From Hormiphora californensis (Eukaryota > Animalia > Ctenophora), in assembly GCA_020137815.1 (NCBI GenBank), contig CM035353.1, positions 5,890,001 to 5,954,000 of the forward strand: 64,000 bases of DNA, written 5' to 3'. Below, piece after piece: positions 52,278 to 64,000 of this stretch. The notes beneath the pieces are model-generated. The model ran no database searches. It had not been told where the DNA came from and worked only from the letters and a program-made list of their open reading frames with translations. Numbering within the stretch: the stretch's first letter is position 1; each line of letters opens with the position of its first letter. The position numbers were made by a program, and so were the translations under genes.

Positions 52278-55140
52278 TGGAGCCGACCCTGAAGTCACTC
52301 CTGGTACCACTCCTGGTACCACTCATGGAGCCGACCCTAAAGTCACTCCTGGTACCACTCCTGGTACCACTCATGGAGCCGACCCTAAAGTCACTCCTGG
52401 TACCACTCATGGAGCCGACCCTAAAGTCACTCCTGGTACCACTCATGGAGCCGACCCTGAAGTCACTCCTGTCTCCTGGTACCGCTCTGGCACCACGTCA
52501 TGGAGCGACCCTGAGTCACTCCTGGTACCACTCATGGAGCCCGACTCTGAGCCGCCCTGAAGTCCACTCCTGGTACCAACTCCTTGGTACCACTCATGGA
52601 GCCGACCTGAAGTCACTCCTGGTACCGCTACTGGACGAATTTGAGCCGAACACTGAAAGTCACTCCTGGTACCGCTCATGTAGCCGACCCTGAAGTCACT
52701 CCTGTCTCCTGGTACCGCTCCTGGCACCACTCATGGAGCCGACCCTGAAGTCACTCCTGGTACCACTCATGGAGCCGACCTGAAGTCACTCCTGGTACCA
52801 CTCCTGGTACCACTCATGGAGCCGACCTGAAGTCACTCCTGGTACCGCTCCTGGCACCACTCATGGAGCCGACCTGAAGTCACTTGGTACCACCCTGGTA
52901 CCACTCTGAGGCCGACTCTGAAGTCACTCCTGGTACCACTCCTGGTACCACTCATGGAACCGACCCTGAAGTCACTCTGGTACCATCTCATGGAGCCGAC
53001 CCTGAAGTCACTCCTGGTACCACTCCTGGTACCACTCATAGAGCCGACCCTGAAGTCACTCCTGGTACCGCTCCTGGCACCACTCATGGAGCCGACCCTG
53101 AAGTCACTCCTTGACTCCTGGTACCACTCCTGGCACCACTCATAGAGCCGACCCTGAAGTCACTCCTGGTACCGCTCCTGGCACCACTCATGGAGCCGAC
53201 CCTGAAGTCACTCCTGGTAGTGGTACCACTCATGGAACCGACCCTGATGTCACTCCTGGTACCGCTCCTGGCACCACTCATGGAGCCGACCCTGAAGTCA
53301 CTCCTGGTACCACTCATGGAGCCGACCCTGAAGTCACTCCTGGTACCGCTCCTGGCACCTCCATGGAGCCGACCCATGAGCCACTCTGTACCACTCCTGA
53401 GTACCACTCATGGAGCGACCCTGAAGTCACTCCGGGTACCGCTCATGGAGCCGACCCGTGAAGTTCACTCCTGGGTACCACTCTGAGCCGACCCTGAAGT
53501 CCTCCTGCTACCCGCTCCGGACCGTCATGAGCGACCCTGAAGTCACTCTGGTACCCCTCACTGGAGGCCGACCCTGAAGTCACTCGTTACCACCGTCACT
53601 CAAGAGCCGACCTGAAGTCACTCCTGGTACCGCTCCTGGCAACTCAATTGGACCGACCCCTGAAGTTCTACTCCTGGTTACCCTCCTGGACACTCATGAG
53701 CCGACCCTGAGTAACTCTGGTCCCACTCCTGGCACCACTTCATGGAGCCGACCCTGAAGTCACTCCTGGTGTGCGTACCCACTCATGGAACCGACCCTGA
53801 TGTCACTCCTGGTACCGCTCCTGCACCACTCATGGAGCCGACCCTGAAGAAGTACACTCTGGTCCACTCATGGAGCCGACCCTGAAGTCCACCTCCCTGG
53901 TCCGATCCTGGCACCACTCATGGAGCCGACCCTGAAGTCCACTCTGGGGTACCACTCCTGGTACCACCAGTCACTCCTGGTACGTCCTGGCCCACCTGCA
54001 CCCTGAAGTACAACTTCCTGGTTACCGAACTCATGGAGCCGACCCTGAAGTCACTCCTGGTACCCACTCATGGAAAGCCGACCCTGAAGTCGCTCCTGCT
54101 ACCGCTCCTGGCACCACTCATGGAGCCGACCCTGAAGTCACTCCGGGTACCGCTCATGGAGCCGACCCTGAAGTCACTCCTGTACCGCTCATGGAGCCGA
54201 CCCTAAAGTCACTCCTGGTACCGCTCCTGGCACCACTCATGGAACCGACCCTGAAGTCACTCCTGGTACCGCTCCTGGTACCACTCATGAGCCGACCCTG
54301 AAGTCACTCCTGGTCCACTCATGGAGCCGACCCTGAAAGTCACTCCTGGTACGCTCCTGGTACCACTCATGGAGCCGACCCTGAATTCACCTCCTGGCAT
54401 TACCAGACTCCTGGTACCCCTAATCATGGAGCCGACCCTGAAGTCACTTGGTACCGCTCTGGACCACTTATGAGAGACATGCCAAGTATACTTTGGTACC
54501 GATACTGGTAACCACTCATGGAGCCGACCCCCTGAAAAGTCAACTCCCTGGTACGCTCCTGGCACACACTCATGGAGCCGACCCGAAGCACTTAAGCTCC
54601 TGGTACACTCCTGGACCACTCATTGAGCCGGACCCCTGAAGCACATCCTGGGACCGCTCCTGGCGCACCATCATGGAGCCGACCCTGAAGGTCACTTCCT
54701 GGTAGTGAGTACCCTCTGGTAGCCGACTGACCTAGTCACTCCCTGGTACCACTCCTGGTACCACTCATGGAGCCGACCCTAAAGTCACTCCTGGTACCAC
54801 TCATGGAGCCGACCCTGAAGTCACTCCTGGTACCGCTCCTGGTACCACTCATGGAGCCGACCCTGAAGTCACTCCTGGTACCGCTCCTGGAGCCGACCCT
54901 GAAGTCACTCCTGGTAGTACCAGTGGTACCGCTCCTGGCACCACACATGGAGCCGACCCTGAAGTCACTCCTGGTACCGCTCCTGGAGCCGACCCTGAAG
55001 TCACTCCTGGTACCGCTCCTGGCACCACTCATGGAGCCGACCCTGAAGTCACTCCTGGTACCACTCCTGGTACCACTCATATAGCCGACCCTGAATTCAC
55101 TCCAGAAGTGACTCCAGAAGCCACTCCTGGTACCGCTCCT
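52278..55140. repeat. 36/48-bp tandem array (ATGGAGCCGACCCTGAAGTCACTCCTGGTACCACTC)
   Basis: About 2.9 kb. The first unit (42877-42897) was split off by the LTR insertion; the middle is noisy. Confidence 0.95.
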
Positions 55141-55322
55141 GAGAAGATCGTGTAATCGGTAGAAGCTGGTGTGAACTTATAATGTGTGGCACGCAGGTCG
55201 CAGTGACTTTATTGTTACTTTAATAGAGATGATTATAAGCACTGGGCGTACAGGCCGGTAGACAGTACATTATGCTAGCTTTATTCAAATCAAGATTTAG
55301 TTCTCCTAGCTCTTATGCTGCA

Positions 55323-55529
55323 TTCTCGGAACATGCTCCTCTAACAATCTGCGCGTCTTTCACGTTTAGGTCGACCCAAACCCGGGCGTGAATGCTAACA
55401 ACAGTGAAATTACATGCGCGTGATGTAGTATATCGCATGTAATTTCACTGTTGTAAGCATTCACGCCCGGGTTTGGGTCGACCTAAACGTGAAAGACGCG
55501 CAGATTGTTAGAGGAGCATGTTCCGAGAA
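55323..55529. mobile_element. Fully palindromic MITE
   Basis: ~95-bp arms TTCTCGGAACATGCTCC..GAAATTACATGCG / CGCATGTAATTTC..GGAGCATGTTCCGAGAA. Confidence 0.8.
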
Positions 55530-56654
55530 AGGACCATTATCATTGTGTTTATTCATAAAATGTTAATATGTTTATGCAGTTCATAACATATATTGTTTCC
55601 ACTTTCTACCCCTTCTAATTGGGTAAGCGGTAAAGGTTGACCCGTCTGCTGATCGAGACATGGCAAAGAATTGTAAACTGTATGGCGGCGCCATATCCCA
55701 TTTGATTCTCAAATTGCGGCAGTGCGCTCAGATATGGGGTCGGCGGCGCCAGACAGACTATAAACGAAGAACAAAACATCGGATTTTCACGAAAGAGGAG
55801 ACAATTTTCATAGTATTGCTCACAAAGACACATCTTTATATAACACCGTCAGACAGTTTACAATGCTAAAACAACAACTTAGGTGAACCTGCCAATAAAT
55901 TAAATGTTTATACCAATTGAGCTTAGAGTTCACTCACACTCACTCACACTCACACACACACACACACAAAATATTGCAGCATTCAAGTTCACAGATCAAA
56001 GTAACTGTAAGGACAAATACACACTCAAACTGGGCAGTATATATATTTTCTCAGCATCATCAAGTGAGCCCCTTTTTTTACAAGAAATCCGAAAACTTTA
56101 TTCAGCAAACGTGCAGTACACTATATCCTATTATTAACTGATTACCAGAATCTATTATTGTAAACTCAAAACAGCATATCATTGTGAACTAATCCAAACC
56201 CTAAAAATCTCCCCGGCCTTCAGAACCCTTCATCTTTTTCCAATATATGAATATAATTACGTTTCAAAAACATAGAACATATAATTGGCAACACTACTGA
56301 ATTAAAAGGAGTGTCACGGGTCCCCACACAGCTGCATGGTTACTAGTAGTGTGATGGGTAACACTTTATTGCGGGAGTTAATGCATCACATCTAATATTA
56401 CTAAACAGAGCACTGAACAGAACAATAATGCATGGGTACTATATCTAAACTTGAGTCGCTTGACACTGTTTACCCGACATTTACTGCACATGTGCTGCAT
56501 TTACTGCACATGGACTGCAGTCCATTGTGCTCCAACAATCATATATATAATATCTCCTAGTGAGTCTCTGATCTCAATACAACCTCTCAGATCTGTGTAA
56601 AAAGTATATATATCACTGTGTGGTGGGGCAATATATATATATAATACATCATGA

Positions 56655-59600
56655 TCAATTAGCACTGACTAGAAGATTAATTAGATTTTCCAGGGGCTGC
56701 ATCTCCTTGCAGTCAACCAGCTGGAAGTGTTGGGAGAACAGGACGTAGTGGTGGAATAGGGTGTTTAGATGTGGTACCAGTTCAAAATTAACCACCTGCG
56801 AAACAAGGAGCTGTTATTGACACTGCAGAAAATGTACGGATTTATGAACTAAATTAAAGGACAAAATATATCAAACAGACAAATTAATTGTTACTAATTA
56901 CATAGTTAATTATTCAATTAATACCTCTTGAAAGTGGGCATAGTAGATGTGAGCCAGGACGTGAAAGAAAAATCGGAACATTTTCCTAACAGTTTCCTTG
57001 AAGTTGGGCGGGAATTGGTTACCTGAGGTAATACACAATTGTTAGGGTATAAGATACTGATAGGGGTCCGCGCGTAGTTAGACCCCCTTTTCGCGAGCTT
57101 ACAGATGTACATTTACAAATGTAACGATACGCTATACATTTTATACCAAGATTGGAGGTTTATTATAAATGCATGTGTTTCACTATTGCAGTGATTATAT
57201 GAATTGAGCTCGTAAGCTGTCATCAGATGCCTAACTAGCCCACGTACACTACTACAGTCGGACCCCGATTTAGGGACAGCCTCGGGGGAAAGGGTCTTGT
57301 CCACTAAATCGGGGTGTCCACTAAATCGGGGTGAGCCATATTTGACCCATAAAAACCTATTTTATGCCCAACATGCTATATTATTAAGACTAAAGACACC
57401 TCTAACTGTTATATATGCAATATTCATATATTGATGACATGATCATTTCTGATTAGAAATAGGAAAATATAAAATAATTTTTTTTCAAAAAAAATGTGGA
57501 AAAATTTTCTAAATTATACCAGCCCGTCCGATTTGTGTTTCGAATCAGTGCAGCTTACTGGATGTCCTGTCTAATTAGCGGGTTCAAAACGAACCGATAC
57601 GTGATACCATGCCGAATCGGGGCACCCTAACCGGGTTAGGAAGTATGAAAATTTCAAAATAACTTTTTCTCTCAAAATTTATGGGGAGCACCGATCAAAG
57701 CATTGACAATCGTACTGTAAAATTTTGCAAAAAAGTTGTAAAATTTTTTAAACGTATACCAGCCACGTCCGAATCATGTTTTGAATCGGTACATCTTATC
57801 ACATGTCCTGCTGCTAATTAGACGGTTCGGAACGAATCGAAAAGTGATCCCCATCGAATCGAAATTTTGACGCTTGGTGAACTTGTGATTCAATGGCCGC
57901 ATGGGGATCACGTATCGGTTCGTTCCGAAACTTCTAATTAGCAGCAGGACATGCGATAAGATTCACTGATTCGAAACACGATTCGGACGTGGCTGGTATC
58001 TTTTTGAAAATTTTTCAAAAAAATTTCACAAAAAATTTCACAAAAAAAATTCAAAAAATTTTTGGGGGAAAAAAATCCTGTCCCTAAATCGGGGTGTCCC
58101 TAAATCGGGGGTCCCTAAATCGGGGTCCGACTGTACTAACAATAAACCTCCCCTTACAGTAGGACCCTGATTTACCAAGCTGTTTTCGGCAAATAGATCC
58201 AACCGGTAAACCGGGTTCTGACTGTAATTTATGCACTTACCCACCAAATTAAAACTCAACAACAACAACAACAAAATGGATTTATATACCGGCTAAATAG
58301 ACAAGTACTCTCGATTGGTTCGAAGAGCAGTTGCCATTCATAGCGGTTCTCTCATCCTATCTTGACATATTGGTTGACAAAAGGTCTTAAATGGTAACTC
58401 ATACTGGTTATACACGGTACTACCACCCTCTCCCTGATGGATCAACCAACACCTGGTCAAGAATCCAAAGATACACCTACATCTTCATCTCCCTCCTCCC
58501 CCTCCCCTCCTCTCTCCTTTAATGCTACCATCCTCTCTACATGTGGACCCACTACTGCCAACCTGACCAAGAAAGCCTCTTCTCTCTTGGCCAAACTAGC
58601 TATCTGTTCCTGCCATATAGGCTTTCTAAAAGCCTGTAAGGATCACCACTTCATCCCCAAGGGACTGCGCCTCAGTAACCCGATCAAGTCTACCCGTTCT
58701 TCTACAATCCTTAACAAGGCTTCTACCCTCCTTCTCAATGAACGCCTGAAACACTACCGGTCTAGCTTTGCTACTACTGAGCGTGTCTACAAGGAATCTC
58801 TCTCCCGCCTCCTCCCACTCCTTCCTACCCCCCTTCGGAACGACTTTGTCAACCTCTGTGCGAAGAAGTCCGCCTCTACCCACCTCTCCCTGATGTCCAA
58901 ACACTCCAAGAAGTTCTCTACTCTCCTGGATTTCTACTCTTCCCCGACTCTCAACCCTTACTCTCTCCTCCGTGATTTCTACATTACCGAACCCCTGATT
59001 AGTGGCCCTCTCAAAACCACCACCCCTACCTCCCCCGCCCTTGACCCCTCCAAAACCGTTATCAATTTATCCTCCACCCCGCTGTCCCAATCTGAAACTG
59101 AAGTCCTATCTTTAGGTCTAAAGTTTGCCCCTACTCCCGTAACCGACCCAATCCCCCGCTTGGCCCCTCTACTCCAATCAGCAACGAGGAAACTTGGAGA
59201 GTCAGTTGATGCAGCTGCCTCATACGAGATCTCGTCTATCCTGTCCTCCTTCCAACCATCCTCGAGGCGATCCAATCTCTCTACTCCCCACCGTCAAGCT
59301 CTCAAGGACCTCCAGGAGAAGAAGTCCTCTCTCCGGTTCCTGCCCGCCGATAAGGGTAACGCTACTGTTGTCCTTGCTGAGGAGCAGTATCTCGAGAAAG
59401 TGAACGACCACATCTCCTCTGCTGGAGCCTACGAGCTGCTACCGTCTAATCCTACCTCCTCTCTACACCGCCGACTGGATGCTCTCCTGAAGGATCTACA
59501 GACCCGGAAGCTACTCTCTGAGCCGCAGAAGAAACAGATGAGACTGACGAACCCCCGTTATCCTCAACTGTACGGTCAACCCAAGATCCACAAACCTGGA

Positions 59601-62600
59601 GCCCCCATCCGTCCTATTGTCGCCTTCTACAACAGCCCTCTCTCTGCTCTCCACTCCTTCCTATCCTCCCTTCTCAAACCCTTGGCTGCTTCCTCCCTCC
59701 GTCTCAAGGACTCTACAGACCTAGTCAACCGCCTCCGCTCCAGCCAATCTCCCTCTTTTCCCTACTACTTCTCTCTGGATGTGGTCTCCTTGTACACAAA
59801 CTGTGACATGAGGGCTGCAGTGGACTCCACTATCAGACGTCTTGAGGAAACTCCTGATATCCTTCCTACTCCCCTCACTCCCTCTACTATCCGCTCTCTC
59901 TTGGACTTCTGCCTCGACAACGCCTACTTCGAGTTCAACGGAAACTTCTACGCTCAACGTACCGGAGGAGCGATGGGTTCTCCCCTCACCGTTATCCTGG
60001 CTGAGATTCGTGTTACGGAACAGGAACAACACGCTCTCAAGTCCTTCTCCGACCCACTGGGATCTTGGAACCACTTCGTTGACGACGCCATAGGAGCTGC
60101 CAGGGATTATGATCACGCCGAGTCTTTCTTCTCCTACATCAACTCCCTTGCTCCAGATCTCAAGTACACCATCGAGCACCCTAAGGATGGACTTCTCCCC
60201 TATCTTGACGTCCTTCTCCATCCCGACCTCTCTACCTCTGTCTACCGGAAACCTACACATACCAACCTCTATCTCAAGTACAACTCCTCTACTCCTGCCT
60301 CTACACGCCGCTCTGTTATCCAATCCTTAACCCGTCGGGCCTACAACATCTGTTCTCCCCAACATCTGGAAGAGGAACTCGACACAGTCTACAACATCTG
60401 TCTCTGCAATGGATTTCCTCCCTACGAGATTTCCACTCTGATGTCTACTGTTCGGGACCGCCTTCTACACCCCAAACCGTCAAAATCCCGTCCTCCTTCT
60501 TCCTTCGTCCACCGTGTAGTCCTACCCTATCACCCGGACCTCTCCTCTCGACTCAAACGGACCCTCAACCGCTACAACATAGACGTCACCTTCTCTTCCT
60601 CTTCTACCCTACGGAACATCCTCACCCAGACCAAATCTTCGCCTCCTTCTGATAGTACTCCCAACTCCATCTACTCCATTCCCTGCCGCGACTGCCCATC
60701 TTTCTACGTTGGCCAGACCAAGCGACCAGTGAAAACCCGGATTAAGGAACACGAATCAAACTTCTACAACAACTCGCTCTACAACACTGATGGGAAGATG
60801 AAATCTGCTCCTGCTATCCACGCTCGGGAATCTGGACACACCATGGACTGGAATTCTACCTCTATCCTCTCCTCTTCTTCCTCCTGCCTCAGTCTAAATC
60901 TACTGGAACAAGCGGCTATTCACACTCTTCAACCGGCGATTAACCGAACAGATAAAGTTCCTACTGTCAACCTCCAATGGACTCACCTTCTCCCCAGGAT
61001 TGCTAACTCCTTCAAACCCCGTCCTGCTGGCATCTCCATCAAACCTAGATCTCCCAAACCTGTTTCCTAATTCTCTTCAACTCGGATCACCTCTTCTCCC
61101 TTCCCGTGGATCACCTCCCCCATCCCCTCCTCTCGGATCGCATCTTCCTTCTCGGATCTCATTCCTTCCTCTCTCCTCCCCTCCCCGGATCCCATATCCT
61201 CCTCTCCACTACATAAACACTTTCATTTTCATTGTTGTTATAGCTGAAGACGTCTGACATAGATCAGTCGAAAGCTCCTGTTCTTAATTGAATATTAGTA
61301 CTGCAAAATCGTTGTTTCTCTTTAATTGTCATACTGGTGACTTATAACTGACATATATAGTAGACTTTATTAACTCTCAACACTTGGTGACTGTGTAGGC
61401 CAGTCATTTTTTGTCATTTTGGGGCCGTTTGGTGAACTGAGACATAACAAAGGTTTTCCACTTGCATTGTACTCCTATGGGGTCCCAGAAACACCAGAAA
61501 AATTGTTCACTCCAACCGAGGTGAAGAAAGTGCCCAAAATGGCCACGCCCTTTTTGCCTGTATTTTCAGCCTTGACCAAAAATAGCAACTTTGCTTTGGA
61601 TTGGAGTAGAAACGTAAATGAGGGCACTAAAATGTGTAGAATGAGCAGCAGAATCGATTGGTACCAAGCAGAAGTCGTTATCTCATCAGGTTCGAGAGAT
61701 AATTGGATAATTAGGTATGCGCATAACCGTTTTTGAGCCATATGGCTATAGCCGCTCAAGAGCGGTTTCAGAAATTTTGCTTCACAGGAGCTTGTTCAGC
61801 ATATAAAATTTAGTGGGGGTAACAAATATGAAGTTTTTATTGCATAAGGTCAATGAGCTATTCAACTTTAAAGATCGAAAAATGGGGGTAAAAAGTCGAA
61901 ATTTGGTCATTTTCCTTCATTTTTACCCTCATTTTTCGATCTTTAAAGATGAATAACTCATTGACCTTATGCGATAAAAACTTCATATTTGTTACCCCCA
62001 CCAATTTTTATATGCTGAACAAGCTCCTGTGAAGCAAAATTTCTGAAACCGCTCCTGAGCGGCTATAGCCATATGGCTCAAAAACGGTTATGCGCATACC
62101 TAATTATCCAATTATCTCTCGAACCTGATGAGATAACGACTTCTGCTTGGTACCAATCGATTCTGCTGCTCATTCTACACATTTTAGTGCCCTCATTTAC
62201 GTAATTTCTACTCCAATCCAAAGCAAAGTTGCTATTTTTGGTCAAGGCTGAAAATACAGGCAAAAAGGGCGTGGCCATTTTGGGCACTTTCTTCACCTCG
62301 GTTGGAGTGAACAATTTTTCTGGTGTTTCTGGGACCCCATAGGAGTACAATGCAAGTGGAAAACCTTTGTTATGTCTCAGTTCACCAATTAAGCAAAAAG
62401 TGACTGGCCTAGTGGGTGACAAGTATAATCAGAAAAAATAATAACAAAAATGATAAACTGAAAAGTATCTTAGATTATAAAGAAATATGTGACAGCAGCA
62501 GGGGTGACCGTGTGAGAAATGGGGACTAATGAATAACCGAAAAGAAATTATTAAAGACTGACGTCGAAAACCAAATAAGGTCTTTCAGAGAAGGTAACAG

Positions 62601-63779
62601 TAGCATCGAACAGGTAGGTCTTCAGGCGAATACGGAAGGAGTCCTCTGAAGGTGCGTCTCTAAGGTTCTCCGGTAGGTTGTTCCAGACATGGGGGAGATA
62701 TTGGGATATTCTCCTTTTTCCCAGTTTGCTCACTTTCACATTTCCAGAAGGTAGCTTTAACTTGTAATGGTCTACTTTACAGCTCTGACGAGTAGACTTT
62801 TGCACTGTAGTATTTTCATCATGTTCCACTAGATCCTGAAGGTACTGAGGGGCACTTCCATAATAGATCTTGTACCCTAGTAAACAGATTTTGAAGAAAA
62901 TCCTCTTCTCAATCGTAAGGATATGGGAATCACGGTAGAAGGGGTCCAGATCAACTTTCCTCTCTCTGACTCCATGGATGTATCTTATTACTTGATTCAT
63001 TAGTCCTTTCAGCGGCTTGATGGTAGAGGCCGGCAGGTTGAAATACAGGGCATTGCAATAGTCCACTTTGGATATGACCAGCTGGGAGGCAAGCATCAGA
63101 CGTAGAGGTTTATCAATGAATCGGCGGATCTGCCAGAGGTCCCTCATAGTAACTCCAGCATTCCTCTTGACCATGGAGATTTGACGTTTCATATCCATTT
63201 GTTCATCAAGATAGATACCAAGGGTCTTTCCCGATTTTCCAGCCATGTCCATGGGGGAAATGATGTTCCCATTTAGCTCAAGTGTCAGGTCACTCTCCTC
63301 ACGTACAGTATCCATCTTCTTCTTCTTTCCCAGGATAAGAAACTCAGTTTTATCCTCATTAACCATCAGTCTGTTCTCAATCATCCAAATTCTTACCTCC
63401 TCCAAACATTTCTCAATAATCTCCTTTGAACCTGTCCAGCCTTCCACAGGGCAGAATCCGATGTATATTGTGCTATCGTCTGCATAAAGTCGTATTGTGA
63501 GTCCATACTTCTTTACAATAGGTTCTAGTGGTTCCACATTACACATATAGGGCAAACTCCTAATATATTGTATAATTGTAAGCCCTACCGTGCCGTATTT
63601 TGTAAAACTCCTAATATGCCCCCCCCCCCTTAAAACTCCTAATATGGGCATTACCGTATTTGGTAGGGAACATGCCCTCATCCTTGATCTGCTTGTCGAT
63701 CCACGACAACACCATCTCGATATACACTGGGGCAGGAGGTCTCATCTTCTTGTTCCGGTCACTCACCCAGTAAAACACC
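56655..63779 (-). CDS. MOB2: MOB kinase activator 2-like, last three exons (5'-partial)
   Basis: Exons 63779-63655 (FYWVSDRNKKMRPPAPVYIEMVLSWIDKQIKDEGMFPTKY), 57022-56925 (GNQFPPNFKETVRKMFRFFFHVLAHIYYAHFQE), 56795-56655 (LVPHLNTLFHHYVLFSQHFQLVDCKE, TGA). Phase-consistent; FPTKY, FHVLAHIY and HLNTL point to MOB2. Not in the ORF track. Confidence 0.88.
57255..58133. mobile_element. Tc1/mariner (pogo-like) MITE, family copy 2
   Basis: TA-CAGTCGGACCCCGATTTA ... TAAATCGGGGTCCGACTG-TA; homologous to 9789-10632. Confidence 0.9.
58437..61070 (+). mobile_element. Penelope-like retroelement ORF (RT + GIY-YIG endonuclease), intact, 877 aa
   Basis: ADKGNATVV, YGQPKIHK..PIRPIV, SLDVVSLYT, GAMGSPL, FVDD, YLDVL..VYRKPTHT, then GIY-YIG IYSIPCRDCPSFYVGQTKR..RIKEH. 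Antisense inside a MOB2 intron. Confidence 0.93.
61240..61281 (+). ncRNA. Minimal type I hammerhead ribozyme in the Penelope 3' pLTR
   Basis: ATAG-CTGAAGA-C-GTCTGA catag ATCAGTC-GAAA-GCTC-CTGT: catalytic boxes CUGANGA and GAAA, stem II CTGA/TCAG closed by G-C, palindromic AGCT helix III, stem I ATAG/CTGT. Confidence 0.7.
61398..62409. mobile_element. 1-kb palindromic foldback MITE
   Basis: TA-GGCCAGTCA ... TGACTGGCC-TA. The ~490-bp arms are near-perfect reverse complements, which explains the mirrored ORFs 61419+ and 62078-. Confidence 0.9.
62430..63545 (-). mobile_element. 5'-truncated L2/CR1-group LINE (RT C-terminal half)
   Basis: RLYADDSTIY, WMIENRLMVNEDKTEFL, LGIYLDEQM, SKVDYCNAL, WNNLP..LKTYLF; stop at 62551, followed by a T-rich UTR. 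Confidence 0.88.
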
Positions 63780-63945
63780 CTGAGGGGAGGGGGGTCGAGC
63801 TGTTATGAATTTAATATGTAATGATATATACAGGGTGTCCCATTGATTCTAACGGTGGGACACCCAGTAAATAAATATATATGTTACAGATTCCACATTA
63901 TAGTACATGTTTAATTTGGTTTGGTTTGTCATTTTGTGTCCGTAT

Positions 63946-64000
63946 CAGGAACCGACCGACACAAGTAAACAACCAATCAGAACTCGTTATTTAGGTCACG
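63946..64000. mobile_element. MITE copy truncated by the window end
   Basis: Reverse complement of 4022-4076. Confidence 0.7.

Noticed and set aside
52278-55140. CRISPR-like appearance of ~36-bp repeats
   Set aside because: Head-to-tail units without unique spacers, eukaryotic context, no cas genes.
61419-62422. Duplicated 105/114-aa ORFs on opposite strands
   Set aside because: Mirror images from the palindromic MITE, with no protein motif.
63546-63681. N-terminal extension of the 376-aa RT ORF
   Set aside because: Chance read-through into MOB2 intron and exon sequence; LINE similarity starts near 63545.

Overview
Eukaryotic (animal) genomic DNA with short GT-AG introns, many GA/CT microsatellites, MITEs and one N gap. 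The gene content and style suggest a non-bilaterian marine invertebrate, possibly a ctenophore (inference only). Hand-spliced host genes: the 3' part of an Epac/RAPGEF4-like cAMP-regulated Rap GEF (+, 330-14298), an 11-exon class A GPCR (-), a secreted CAP/SCP protein (+), an (EATPAPK)n repeat protein (-), a class C GPCR (+), a 2-exon class A GPCR (-), a frameshifted LDLa-repeat 7TM receptor lacking LRRs (+), and the last three exons of MOB2 (-). Mobile DNA: two homologous ORF1-only LINE-like elements in Epac introns, one with an L2-like tail; a 9.4-kb LTR element with near-identical LTRs, PBS, PPT and TSD but a decayed, satellite-filled interior; an intact Penelope-like element (RT + GIY-YIG) with a minimal hammerhead ribozyme; a 5'-truncated L2/CR1-type LINE; and many MITE/Helitron-like elements. 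Scattered indels suggest long-read consensus errors, so frameshifts should be treated cautiously. All calls come from reading the sequence; no searches were run.
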